A stretch of DNA of 64,000 nucleotides, taken from NCBI RefSeq assembly GCF_001194135.2, contig NC_068984.1:18972053-19036052 (forward strand), read 5' to 3'. Numbering within the stretch: the first letter of the stretch is position 1; each line of letters starts with the position of its first letter. Position numbers and translations under genes: made by a program. The notes below the pieces were generated by a model that saw nothing but the letters and a program-made list of their open reading frames with translations, ran no database searches and was not told the DNA's origin. Shown here piece after piece: positions 24,555-38,298 of the stretch. Source of the DNA: Octopus bimaculoides. Taxonomy: Eukaryota.

Positions 24555-24965
24555 GGGCATGAAGACAATTTAGAGGCTTACTCTGCAATAAAGTTTTCTG
24601 TTAACTGGGCAAAAATGCTACATAAACATATGAAATGCTCCAAACTGCTTACGAATTAACTTATGTGAGCCAAGCATCAGTTTTTCACTGGCACAAGAGG
24701 TTCAAGAACAGTAGAGAGTGGGTAAGAGATGATGGGATGTGTGTGAGGGACAATCAGAACATCAGAGCTGGTTGAGAAAATTCGTAATGTTTTGGATGAA
24801 GACCATTGTGTGTTTATAAAGACAATAAGTATACACTTTCAAGTTGGTGTGGCAACTGTGCAGAGAATTAGTCATGAAGATCTGAATATGTGCCAAATTT
24901 GTGCAAAGTTTGTTCCCAGAATGCTCAGTGATGGACAGAAGGAAAGACATATTGGTGACAGTATT
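24555..24965 (+). mobile_element. mariner transposase N-terminal pseudogene fragment
   Basis: AIKFSV..., YEMLQTAY...SQASVFHWHKRFKNSREWVRDDG, then after a frameshift ELVEKIRNVLDEDH...HEDLNMCQICAKFVPRMLSDGQKER (WVPxxL-type motif). Confidence 0.88.
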
Positions 24966-25566
24966 TATGTCTGACTACTCTTAATTCTTTATCTTTCTGC
25001 TTCCAGCCAAGCTCTGCATTCTTCTGAAGTTTCATTTTGTCAGTTCTCTTGACTTCCAGATTTGTTTACTAGTTATTTTCTCTCTTTCTCTCTCTCTCAC
25101 TATCTCCCCCTTCCACAGGTTTATTTATATAATCTCCCCCTTTATAATATTTTCTTTCTTCCATCTCACTCAGCATAGCCACTGCTTTCTCATTCCATAT
25201 TCATCTAGTGTGACAGACAGAAGGCAGCAAATGATAAAAGAGAAATGTGACTTGGCATTTGATGTGTGTGTGTGTGTAGCATATTATATAAATATTTAAT
25301 TTTATATAATCGTTGTATTATATAGACATCTGTATTATAAAGACAGATATATACAACTGTTATATTATTAGATATAATATTTTTATATCATAGAGATATT
25401 ATACATACTTATGAATATTGTATGTATTTATGATAGGATATATATTATTATGTTTATTCATGTATAACATAAACAGGGGAACCATTTCCAAATTTCATTC
25501 AATTGACCTTTTGGTCAAATGTATAGATCAACAGACTGAGAAAGAAAGAAAAAAAATACACACACA

Positions 25567-25733
25567 CAGTAAATTCTGATCAGTGCATTTTCATGTGCTT
25601 ATTGAAATCAACCGTTATTTATCATACATCAAAGTGGGTCTTTTTTGAAATTCCTGACAAAGATCCTCCTGATCCATGATAAATGACTGTTGATTCAATG
25701 ATCACATGAAGATGCAACAATCAGAATTTATAG
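25567..25733. mobile_element. Foldback MITE
   Basis: Arms 25570-25625 and 25676-25730 are reverse complements at about 47/56. Confidence 0.7.
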
Positions 25734-26305
25734 TATTTAAATAACTTCTTTCTAATGTACAGTTGAACAAAAGGCCAATTGAATTAAACCATGGATTGGA
25801 AATATAATCACTGTTTACCACAAAATAAACAAAAGCTAAATATAAATACATATATATATATTATTACACATAATTATATAATATTTATTATATGTAATAT
25901 ATACACAAACACACACACACATAGAGAGATACATATTCGTATAATTACATAACATGTTATGCAGTGTAAATAGTAAAGGTTTTTTTCTCTCTCCCCTCTT
26001 CTCTCTCTATCACATGCACACAACTAAATATTTTATGCTTGGAGAGATAGGAAACTATATATTTTTATTAGAACAATTATGGATGCCCTTCTTACTCAGC
26101 CAGCCACAAAGTAGGAATGAAACCCCATTTTTTATTCCAGTTCTATATTTAAGAGATGAATTATGTACATTATTTACATATGACGGATATTTTTTATTAC
26201 TCAAACCAAACTTGAGCAAGTGATGTCTTGTGTTTCCCCACTAACTCTCACATAATGCAAACAGATATATCCTCAGTGTATTAAATAGACATCTGTATTA
26301 TATCT

Positions 26306-26350
<45 letters not shown>

Positions 26351-27593
26351 GGGAAAGAGAAACATACATCTAATTATTTATTTTCATCATTAAAAAAATA
26401 ACGTAAAGCACTTTTAGCCCTCTATATGATTTGGTATTTATTCATCTATTTACTACTGTATAGCTACAGCTGCGGTTTTTCAACAGCTGTATCACAGCAA
26501 GCTGTGAAGGGTGTAGGAACATGCTGTTAGAGAGGTCACAGAAATTTGCAGACATTTCAACAGATATTCTTTGAGATCCAGATTTTAAATGGCAATCTCT
26601 GAAGCATAGATATTTATAAGGTTACCATTTTGGGAACCAATTACTGAGCTGACTCTAAAAAAAACAAAAAAAACAAAACAAAACAAAACAAAAGGTTTAA
26701 AGATCATTGGTTCAATGTATCAGACTCCATTCTACAGAGGTCATGAATTCAGTATTAAGGTTTTTCACACAAATAGTTATACAATCTGCTCATGAGCAAA
26801 GTACATAACTCCATAATCCTATTTGGAAATCTGTGTAGAAAGCAATAGAATTATCCTTTATTTGACTTAGACTATCTCAATATCCATCTCCCTCACCACC
26901 ACACAAACATACAGCTTTCTCTGCCTTTATAAGATTTCTCATTCTCTGCAACACGGAGACAACACTTCACAAGTTTATCAAGTTACTTAAAACTAGTTTC
27001 ATTTATAAGTTATACCGAAGATCAACTAATGTGATGTTCTCTACTTAGTTGTATTGACACATGAAAATTTATTGCAAACATACAACCAGTTTAAGTATAA
27101 TCCTGTACCTGCACACACACACACACATGCACGCATACGCACATTTTGTATAGGTGATGTGACTAGTTCATTTCTGTTGACATACATAGCTATGTACAAT
27201 ACCACAGAGTGTAGTTTATGCTTTTAAACATTGTGTGTGTGTGTGAGTGTGTGCATGTATCTTTGTCCCTACCATCACTAGACAAACAGTGTTGGTGTGT
27301 TTATGTACTCATAACTTATTGATTCAGTGAAAGAGGTTATTAGAATAAGTACCAGACTTTAAAACAAGAAAAGTGCTGGATTCAGCTAAAATTCTTCAAA
27401 TTGATGAACCACCATAGCTGCAGTCTAATGGTTGAAACAAGTAAAAGGTAAAAGATAAAAGATCCAGGAGTTTTTTTTTTCCTTAATATCTAGCATTAGT
27501 ATACTTTTCTACCAGATTATATGCAAAAAACAAAAATAAAAAAAACAAAAACAAGGAAACTATAAATAAATTTGAGAATAGATTATGACTTAC

Positions 27594-27755
27594 TCTGAGG
27601 TAAAAACTTGAGACAAATGAATGTGGATTATCAACAATCTGAAACGTTGGAGGTTTGAATCCCATCAGCTTCCATCGAAGAGCCAATAACAGAATTCCAG
27701 AAACCATCAATATGAGGTGTCGTATAAGTAAAGACTTCCCCCAACAAGGCACTTT
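27594..27755 (-). CDS. TMTC4: TMTC4 exon (DUF1736 region)
   Basis: tttcag/gtaagt; 162 nt; KVPCWGKSLLIRHLILMVSGILLLALRWKLMGFKPPTFQIVDNPHSFVSSFYLR (RW..MG..PP.F..VDNP motif). Confidence 0.95.
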
Positions 27756-28082
27756 CTGAAATTATATATTAATTAACACATATACATCATCATCATTGTT
27801 TAACGTCCACTTTCTATGCTAGCATGGGTTGGACGATTTGATTGAGGACTGGCAAACCAGATGGCTACAAATATATATATATATATATATATATCAAAAG
27901 GTAATCTTTATGTCCAACTTAACATGAATGTTTTGTTAGAACACCAAATACTGCATAATTTACCTAGAGAGAACCTCTTACATGAACTCATGGTGCATAA
28001 AAGCACTTATATTTACATCACTGACAGATGAGAATCATCTGCTACAACCTCTGGAACTGCCAAATTAAGTGACTTAGTCCTG

Positions 28083-28267
28083 TTTTGGGTTCCTTGGTGG
28101 CAGATGTCTAGTAGCAACAAAACAGCCAAATCTCACTGTCAACAATATATAGAATTTTAGTGTCTTTTCAGCTACTGATTTCGCAAATAACCAACAAGTT
28201 TATTACGAAATGAGTGAGATTTGGCTGTTATGACACTACCAGATGTCTACCATTGAGGAACCCAAAA
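28083..28267. repeat. Imperfect inverted repeat (55-bp arms)
   Basis: 28083-28137 versus the reverse complement of 28213-28267 match at 44/55. Confidence 0.8.
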
Positions 28268-29748
28268 TGGCAAAATCATGTGATTTGGCAGTAAGCAGCT
28301 GCAGCAGACAATCCTTGTCTGACGATATAAATATGAGTGCTTTCATGCACTGTCCTGCAGTGTTTGGTGTTATAACAAAACATCCACATGAAGCAGGACA
28401 TAAAGATTGCCTTTTGATGTTAAGACTATTTCTGTCACAATTATTACACACACACACACACACACACACAAGAATTAAGATGAGGATTCCAATAGAATCA
28501 GGTACTTGAAAGTCATGCACCAGGTAGGGTTGAGTGATGTCTGTGGTTCCAGCCAATGGTTGGTTGGAGTCGAGATATCGGAGAATATTTTGGTTTTGTA
28601 CACAGAGAAAACCAACCCTATGAGTATTTAGCGCCTAAGGAGCTTGTCCATGTTATGCATTACTTTTAATTTTCTTTCACCCTATGGTTGATTCATATAT
28701 CCCCTTTTTTTCTCTCAATAGTTTTTTATGACCTCTCCTAATCACCACCATTCTTACCCTACTGTAAATTATGTTGAAAAACCTACTCAAGTCTACCCTT
28801 GTTCTAGACTAACAGACTCCTTCTCTCCCGGGGCACTGACCTTAGATATCGTATTATACTCTCTCAAGAACTACATTTTAATGACTAATATTGTTGGTCA
28901 TTTCCCTTTTCATAGCTCGGCCTCGACAGACACACCTCTGCTGCCTTTCTGGGATACCCCTTTGTTCTGTAAAATTTATGTTCTCATCTGATGATTACAA
29001 TCTTTTATAATGATATCATGTTCTCATTCTTCCTTAAAAGTTATGTGAGAAACAGCTGTAATGAGTTGACACTTATCCAATGTGCATTTTTATTCACTTG
29101 AGCATATATATATATACATAAAAATAAAGATACCCCTCAATCATGAATGACCATGAGATTGCACTTAGAAAGTTACCCTCCAAGGCACAAGTCCAGGCAA
29201 GGTTGTTTATGGAAGACCAGCAGTTGATCATGCTTACCAGCCTCCCCTCTCCATGCCACCAGTGTTATCCAAGGGAAAGGCAAAAGCTGATACAGCTTGG
29301 CACCAGTGATATCGCAACTCATTTCTGCAGCTGAGTGAACTGGAGCAATGTGAAATAAAATGTCTTGCTCAAGAACACGACACACAGCCCAGTCTGTGGA
29401 TCAAACTCACTACCTCATGATTGTGGGCCTGAGGCTCTAACCACTGAGCCATGCAACTTCACTATATACATATATATTTGTAATTTATATATCAGTCTTT
29501 TCCTGGAGTTGATTAAATGCAAATGTAACAATAATTAACAGCTCATCATAATATATCGAGTAAAATCCCATTACACAATAAAAGCGGACAAAGTCACTCA
29601 CAGGAATCAAACCAGGCATCTGCTGTAGAACAAATAGCTATGATACAATGCCAGAGACACTCACCAACTTTTAACCATGAAATTAGAAGCTTACAAGCAA
29701 GTAACAAATGTGTGTGTGTGTGTGTGTGTGTGTGTTTGTGTGTGTATG

Positions 29749-29784
<36 letters not shown>

Positions 29785-30308
29785 AATTTGTTTAACATTG
29801 TAATGTGATATGTATTCAAGACAAATAATTGATTTATATATGTTATTAATAACGTATTATGAATTAAGCACCAAATACAACCAAGGTGTTACTAAATGGT
29901 TTCATATTAATCTCCTGAATGAAAGAACAATTAAATAATCACCAGACACTTATAAAGCTGTAATAATAATATACACAGTCTATTACTTTATATTGAGGAT
30001 GCTCATTTTCCAAACTTATAAACTCCCTTCAGACACACACACACACAAACAAAAGCACATACACATACATGGTTAGTCCACATTACTCTTTAAGGAGCAT
30101 AAGGCTAGTTTCCTTGATTTTCTGGTGTATATATTCCTCCCTGGACAAGACGCTGGTTTGTTGTAGTTTTACTCAATTTTACCAGCTGAGCAGATTGGAG
30201 CAGCATTTGTTTTGCTCAAGTACACAACACATCATCTGGTCCAGGCATTGAAACCACAATCTTATGGTCATAAGTCTAACACCCTAACCGCTAAGCCATG
30301 CAACTCCA

Positions 30309-30344
<36 letters not shown>

Positions 30345-30495
30345 TATTTGGTCTAAAATGTAAAACTTGAATCTTACAAAGACAGACACAGTCTTGTTTT
30401 CCAAAACAAGGTATAAAATAAGTAGGAATGGTATATCACAAGATATGCCTATAATTCAAAAATATAAATCATATTCTCTGCTTTTAACAACTTAC

Positions 30496-30585
30496 ATTTG
30501 GTATTTTCTGGTTCTTTATTAATGATATGAAATGTAGAGGATCAATACGGCATACAATTATAATATCATAGGCACTGCAGATACC
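30496..30585 (-). CDS. TMTC4: TMTC4 exon
   Basis: ttcag/gtaagt; 90 nt, phase 0; GICSAYDIIIVCRIDPLHFISLIKNQKIPN continues EQGITVI-G. Confidence 0.9.
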
Positions 30586-31534
30586 CTGAATGCAAAAAAA
30601 TAAGAGGAAACAAGTGATGAAAATGAAATCATCCGACAATCAATAGATGGATGGTTAGGTCTGTAACAAAAACAATTATGAAGTATAATATGGAGTCCAT
30701 CTCTTTCCAGTTGGAAACACCAGATATAAGTACTAACACTTTTCTGACCTTATTAGTTTGATAAATTTTGAAAATTATCAAGAATTTGGAAGGAGTTAGT
30801 AAAATATAACTAACGTAGTTATTAAGCTAGTGTTTGGAACATGGCTTCATAAACAAGTTCTTAGATGAAATTATGACAGGTTTTAAATTAATATGAACAC
30901 TGTAAAATTAAAGGTTGTTTATCATGAAATCAGGTGATCCCAAGCATGTTGATATCAAAAGGGTTAAGGAAGGAGATGTAGCTTAACCAGGAATTAAACC
31001 TATATTGCAAACTTGCAAGGAACTCAATCATATTGCTATCTACAAATAAATGTTCTTTGACAAAATTTGATCGACAATACAGAATGGGTGTCTTTCTGTT
31101 TCTGTCTACCCAATTCATTCATAAGGTTTCGGTTAGCCTAAGGCTATAGGAGAAAACACCCACTTTAGTACCATGCAGTGGAACTGAACCCAAGACCTCA
31201 TGGTAGGGAACCAAGCTTCTTCACCACATTCCTATGTCATTGATTTTATTTATTTTTTTTTTTTGTTGTAAGGTAAACTTGTTCTTATATGACCTCATCA
31301 TTGAGCAATCAAAAAGTTTCTTTCTCAACTAAGAAGCTCTGGGTTTGAATACTTCAGCACAATACTTTGTGCAGGTTTCTTCTGCTATAGGTACAAGTAT
31401 GGCTGTGGTTTTGTGTTCAGTCTCACTCTGCAGCACCTTGGGCAAGAAATTTCTACTATAGCCCTGGGCCAACCAATGCCTTGTGAGAAAATCAGGTAAA
31501 CAAAAAACTGTGTGGAAGCCCATCATATATATAC

Positions 31535-31577
<43 letters not shown>

Positions 31578-31976
31578 GTTAGGAAGGGCATCCAGCTGTA
31601 GAAACTCTGCCAAATTTAGATTGGAGCCTGGTGTTGCCATCCGGTTTCAACAGTCCTCAGTCAAATCGTCCAACCCATGCTAGCATGGAGGGCGGACGTT
31701 AAACGATGATGATGATATATATATATATATATACCTCCCACTCACCTTTTGCAATCTTGCAAACTTACTCACCCACTCACCCTATCTAATCCTTGGTCCC
31801 ACTTCATTTATATACACCACCCTGTAACTTGAATGTACCCAGCCCCCGTCACATTTTCACTATCTCTCTCTTCTACTGAAGTAGCTACATATCTTCTTTA
31901 CTGCAAGATGTCTATTTCTGTCTATTATTTCTATTTTCAACAAGTCATATCCAGTCCAAACAATCTACCTGTTTAA

Positions 31977-32112
31977 CATTTTGAGCCCTTAACACCGGTT
32001 TACCGGTGGATGGCTTATTTTTCTCTATACCATAGCACCGCTCTATACTGTAGCACTGGTGGAGTGCCAGGTATATGGTCAAATAAGGTTCAGGAGGTCA
32101 GCGCTCAAAGGG
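31977..32112. mobile_element. Small piggyBac-type MITE
   Basis: TTAA at 31973-31976 and 32113-32116; ends ttaacattttgagccc versus ttaaccctttgagcgc (13/16). Confidence 0.55.
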
Positions 32113-34918
32113 TTAATGTTCAAACCAGTTGGGTTTGACCTCTCATACCTAAAAATAAACCATCACATTATCAAAATCTCAAAGCAATGAGATAATGCAT
32201 GATTGATTCAGAACAATGTGAATAAAGAAAGCATTACATTTGCCAGAGTAATCGGAATGCTAAAAGGTTGAGGTTGAACATTATGACTTACCGAAAAATA
32301 AGTTTTAAATTCTATTCTTAAAAGACAAATTAGTCACATAAACTTTTTCTAGAGTTGAAAAATATTTCAATTGACTGCATTTTGTTAGAACCTTCTAATT
32401 AAAATACCAAATAGATCACTTCCTTGACAATCACAGGAAAATGGAAAATTTTAAGTTGAAATAACAAAAAAAAAAGTATAAAAAACAAAAAGGAGGAAAA
32501 GTATTTCATCTACATTATGAATATGTAGATGAAAAATCGTATAAATCTCAAATTATTCCCACATTATCTATGTCAAAAGCCAAGCTCTATGACATTTTAG
32601 CTGTGCATCACTTGAGCAAAAAAACTACAGTAAAAATCATTATACACTTCCGTCTGTAATTAACTGCTAAAATTCACCTAATTTTCTTCCTGGAGTGTAT
32701 CCATAGTTACCTCCCTTGAAGACAAACCAAGTAAATTAGCTCACATATTTTCCTACTTGAACAAATGATATTTATATAGCAAGGGTGTGTGGGGAGGTGA
32801 AACACAAATGAGATAATTCTCTTGTCTAAGTTCAAATCTTTTAGAGGTCAATTTAACCTTGTAACTTTTTAGTTTGATACAATAAGCACTTCTGACATAT
32901 TAGGTTTGAGTTAATAATGCTGTTTCCTTAAAACTTGACCTTATATTAAAAGAAAAATATTTATGGAATAAAGTTAATGTTTTTCTCCTTAATGTAGTGA
33001 AGCATAAAAATATTTATTTAGAAATAATATAGCGAGGAAAAGACTAACTCATTGATTGTAATTATTTAAATTGTTTTAGCAAGTATGGAAGACAATTTGG
33101 AGCATGTTTTGGTCTTATTAAACCTCATCATATAAGAAGACTTTCTGCACTTACCAAAGTAGGTATGAAAGAATCACTAAGTAGATGTAAAATATTGTAT
33201 ATGAGTAGGTATGAACAATTAGCATATTTCAAAACAACTATATCATTAAAGTTAATTACTCGGCGGCCATCTTCAAGAGAAAAAAAGAATATTTAAAATA
33301 GTGCTAACATATTTAATGACATGATGCTTATACTTCATTGAAGAGGTTTAATAATAACAGAACATGTCCAGAGTTGTCTCATGTACTTGTTAATTACAAT
33401 AATATTACTTATGAAACTAATATTGTTTTCTGTCATCATCATCATCATCATTGTTTTAATATCTACTTTTCCATGCTTACATTGTTTGATCAAATTCAGA
33501 ATCAAATCATTAGGATGATGGGTCCTCTACTTCCTACTAGGTTGACATCTTTGGCTCGTTATCAAAATGTATCTTCACTGTGTCTTTTCTGTAAGTGTCT
33601 CCATGGTCATGACTGACGAATTAGTACCCTCTGCCAAAATCTTTAAATATATCGCCCTCTTCTCTTCTCAGGTGCATCGTTTCTGTGCTGAGATTCCTGT
33701 CAGTCATAAGTCCTTTCAGTTTAAAGCCTCTTCTTCCGAATTACTGCTCTCTGGAACTCACAACCATCATTTTGTTTTCCTCAGGTCTACGATATCTATT
33801 CCCTTAAGCTTTCTGTCAATTGATATCTTTTCAATTTGTAGACCCCCTCTTTTCTTTCTTTGTAGTCCATTATGCTACAGTGACTTCAAACCTTGTCTGG
33901 GATAAAATTGTATTAAAACAAAACAAAACAAAAAAATACATGGATCAGTTGAGACTATCCTGGAGCAGCATTTCCTACAGTCAGATGTCCTTTTTGATAC
34001 CTGCTTCCAAGGAAGATAATAAAACCCCAGTCTATCAAACTCCAAACAGTCCAGATAGGATTCAGTGGAGAACTGGAAACAAAATAACACTGCCTGAATT
34101 AATCTTTTAATAGGTCAGGATGTCAAGAAGCCTGGACATGCTTTAGAAGTGAACTGCAAACAAAAGCCTTGCTATATGAACAATGAGGCTTTTGTTTATC
34201 ATCAGTGAAGTTGAAGGCAAATGACAAACTTATACAAACACATACACACAATATCACCATCATCATTATCATCTAAAACCGTTTTCTATGCTGGCATGGG
34301 TTGGCCAGTTTGACAGGACTTGACAAGCAGTACGGCTGCATCAAGCTCCAGTGAGTGTATGTGTGTGTGTCTATACACACACACATGGTAGGCTTCTATA
34401 ATTTCTGTCTATCAATTTCACTCACAAGATATTAGTTTTAGAACAGGACACCACCCAACACCACCTTTGCAGTGGAACTGAACTCTTAACCACATGATTC
34501 TAAAGCAAACTTCTTAACTACACAACCAAGCCTGAAATATTTCTAATTAGACATTCCATGCTTATCACATTGAATATGCTAACATTAACTTAAACTATTA
34601 TTTTTCATGCAGATGATATCTCTTGAGTAATTAACTTCAGAGATTTAATTAATAGAGTAAAGAGGTTGAGTGCCAATAAATAAAAGATAAATTCCTGGTT
34701 AAACAAATTAATTACATAGTTTTGAAATTTTTAAGTCAAGATTAGCTTTAGGCTGAGGCATGGCTGTGTGGTTAGGTTAGGAAGCTCATTTTGTAACCAT
34801 GAGGTTTTCAGTTCAGTCCACTGTTTAGCACATTGGGTGTCTTCTTACTATAGCTCTGGACCAACCAATGCTTTGTGAGGGAATTTGGTAGACAGAAACT
34901 GTGCAGAAGCTTAACATT

Positions 34919-34988
<70 letters not shown>

Positions 34989-36059
34989 CTAACACTCTCG
35001 GAGTGGTTGGCATTAGGAAGGGCATCCAGCTGTAGAAACTCTGCCAAATCAGATTGGAGCCTGGTGTAGCCATCTGGTTTCACCAGTCCTCAGTCAAATT
35101 GTCCAACCCATGCTAGCATGGAAAGCGGACGTTAAACGATGATGATGATGATATATATACACACACACACTGTTGTCTGTCTTTGTCCCATCACCACTAC
35201 TTGATAACCTGTATTAGTTTGTTTATATCCTGTAATTTAGCAGCTTGGCAAAAGAAACTGACAGAATGAGTACCAAGCTTTAAAAAATAAGAACAAAGGT
35301 CAACTGTTTGGCTAAACCCTTCAAGGTGGTGTCCCAGAATGGCTGCAATCCAATGACTGAAACCAGATAAAAGATCTCATTTAAGCCACATCTTTCATGA
35401 CCTTGGGAAAAACATCATTGTCTCATTTTCATTTCTTCTCCCTCCATTAATTTAAATCTCTTTTTATCTGTTTATACTTAATGAGCGAGCTCTTGATAGG
35501 CTGGACCAAAAATTTAGCTCAACACTTAGCTGGAACCATTTCTGTTGAATTATCTCTCTAATGTTCTGAAATAGGCATGAAGATTATAGCTTCCACCTAT
35601 TCCTCACCCACAACAATCTCAGGTCTTTCACTTCATTCTATAAATAAAACTACCTTTCATCCCTTCTTGGTTGATCAAATTAGTGTCATTCACACAGCAG
35701 GATTGATTCAGTTTTTTTGAATATGAGCCAAGAGAAAAATAATAATAAATAAATAAATTACTTTGCAATATTGTTTTGAATGTCAATAAGAGAGAGAAAG
35801 AGAATCAATGTCACTCCTTGATGTGCTAAAATTAGAATCCAAATCCCCAGCATCTTTTAAAGATCAGGATATAAAATATGCAGTCCTAAATAACTTTTTA
35901 CCAGAAAAGACAAAAATAAATGGTTCTGCTCAGAATGATTTTGAAAATAATAGATCTGTTTGGGCCAAATAATTGCTGGTATTTATTTGTTTGGAGAACA
36001 ACATAGAACCTGTGAAGATTTAATTGACGCAGTAATCATAGGCATTCTAACATACTTAC

Positions 36060-36172
36060 TATAACGGTTATACCTTGCTCCTTGCACAACATTGACGATG
36101 CCATAAAGATTATGCTTCCTGTAAACCAAAGCCAAGAAAAGTTGGCAGGAATTTCTGTTAAACAATTTTTAT
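36060..36172 (-). CDS. TMTC4: TMTC4 exon
   Basis: ttttgcag/gtaagt; 113 nt, phase 1 to 0; (D)KNCLTEIPANFSWLWFTGSIIFMASSMLCKEQGITVI (family MLCKEQGIT motif). Confidence 0.95.
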
Positions 36173-36340
36173 CTGCAAAAAGAAAAAAAAGAGCAATAAA
36201 ATAGATACATAAATCAGAAATATATAAGAAGAAGGAACGAAACCATTAACACCTTCATGACTGTATTTATGGAGAATATTGTGTTTGAATTCATTTTGAA
36301 AAATAATTAAGAATTTGGAGGGATTTAATAAAATAACTAA

Positions 36341-36395
<55 letters not shown>

Positions 36396-38149
36396 TAGCT
36401 GACCGCATGCCACTAATAATGACAGTTAATTGTAGTATTTTATATATAAATAAATTACAAAGTAATAATCACACATACAAACATTCGCATGCTTCCCTTG
36501 CACACATACACACATATACTCAGAGGTGAAACGCTGATTTTTTTTCACCCCTTCCTTCCTTATTCATTTATCACCCCTTCTTTTCTCTCATTGCTGTTAC
36601 TTTCTCTCACTCCCTCTCAGTCAGGGCTATTACTCTCACTTAGCGGCATTTTGTTTGTCTTTATGTTCTAAGTTCAAATTCTGCTGAGGTTGACTTTACC
36701 CTTCATCCTTTCGGGGTTGATAAATTAAGAACCAGTCAAGTACTGGCGTCAATGTAATCAACTATCCCCCTCCCCATAAATTCCACACCTTGTGCCTATA
36801 GTACAGAAGATTATTATTATCATTATTATTATTATCATTATTATTATTATTATTATTATTATTAAGGTAGTGTTTTGGAACATATATTAGCAAAAAGATA
36901 TTTCAAAACATTATTATGGCAGGTTTTGATTTAATGAACACTTTACAATGGACGCAGAACCAGAACACAGGTGTGTTGGTATCAAAGGGTTAGCATAAGA
37001 ATTGCAATGTCCTCAAGATGTATCTAACACAAAAGCCCAAAAGTACTGATATATTCTTTTGTTGTCTTCTTGCTAGGTCACTTTTCTCTGCCCTCTACAT
37101 CTGTAACCAGCCTAAAGCACATTTCCTCTCTAATATCATCCTACATTTATTTGCACTTTCCTATTCAGACTGTTGTAGCTATCTCACCTACATACAATCT
37201 CTGATGAGAAATCACTTCTTCACCTTGCTTGTATTCCTACTTGCAGGTTACAATTATATATTACATATAAAATATACATATTTCATATATAATACCTGCC
37301 TTATTCCTTCCCAACCTCTTCAAACACTCTACAGGCGAAAAACACTAATAGACTAGAAATATGTACTTTTAGAAAACTATAAAACATTTGGTCTTGGCGA
37401 CTAATACTTATAGATCATCGTTATCATCAATTAACGTCCACTTTCCATGCTAGCATTGCTTAGATGGTTTGACAGGAGCTGGCATGCTTGAAGACTTATA
37501 TATCGTTTGCTTGGTTCTTTTTTTTTTGGCTTTTTTTTTTTTAAATAGGCGCAAGAGCAGCTGTGTGGTAAGTAGCTTGCTTACCAACCACATGGTTCCG
37601 GGTTCAGTCCCACTGCGTGGGACCTTGGGCAAGTGTCTTCTACTATAGCCTCGGGCCGACCAAAGCCTTGTGAGTGGATTTGGTAGACGGAAACTGAAAG
37701 AAGCCCGTCGTATATATGTATATATATGTGTGTGTGTGTGTATGTGTATATGTTTCTGTGTCTGTGTTTGTCCCCCCAACATCGCTTGACAACCGATGCT
37801 GGTGTGTTTACGTCCCCGTAACTTAGCGGTTTGGCAAAAGAGACCGATAGAATAAGTACTAGGCTTACAAAGAATAAGTCCTGGGGTCGATTTACTTGAC
37901 TAAAAGGCGGTGCTCCAGCATGGCCGCAGTCAAATGACTGAAACAAGTAAAAGAGTAAAAGAAAGAGAGAGAATATAGGGCTGGGAAGACTGTTTAGTCT
38001 CGTCAAGGACATGACAACCTCTCACATGCTTTTGCCATGATAAAATGTGCCCACTACACTTTGTAAAGTGAATAGCGTTAGAAAGGGTATCCATCATAGA
38101 CACTAAGTCAAAAATGAATGCATAAATGAGACATGGCCCTCCTGGTAGG

Positions 38150-38298
38150 CAGGGCTGATTCAAGGTATGGGCAAGTTGGGCAGTCACCAGGGGTGCCAAG
38201 GAAGGCATGACAAATACAAGGAAATTTCTATGACCGTCAGCTTGTACACACCCAAGTTCAGCTTGCCCGAGGTGCCAGCAACTCTGGGGCTGGCCCTG
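38150..38298. mobile_element. hAT-type MITE
   Basis: CAGGGC...GCCCTG termini; 8-bp TSD ctggtagg (38142-38149) / ctggtggg (38299-38306). Confidence 0.7.
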
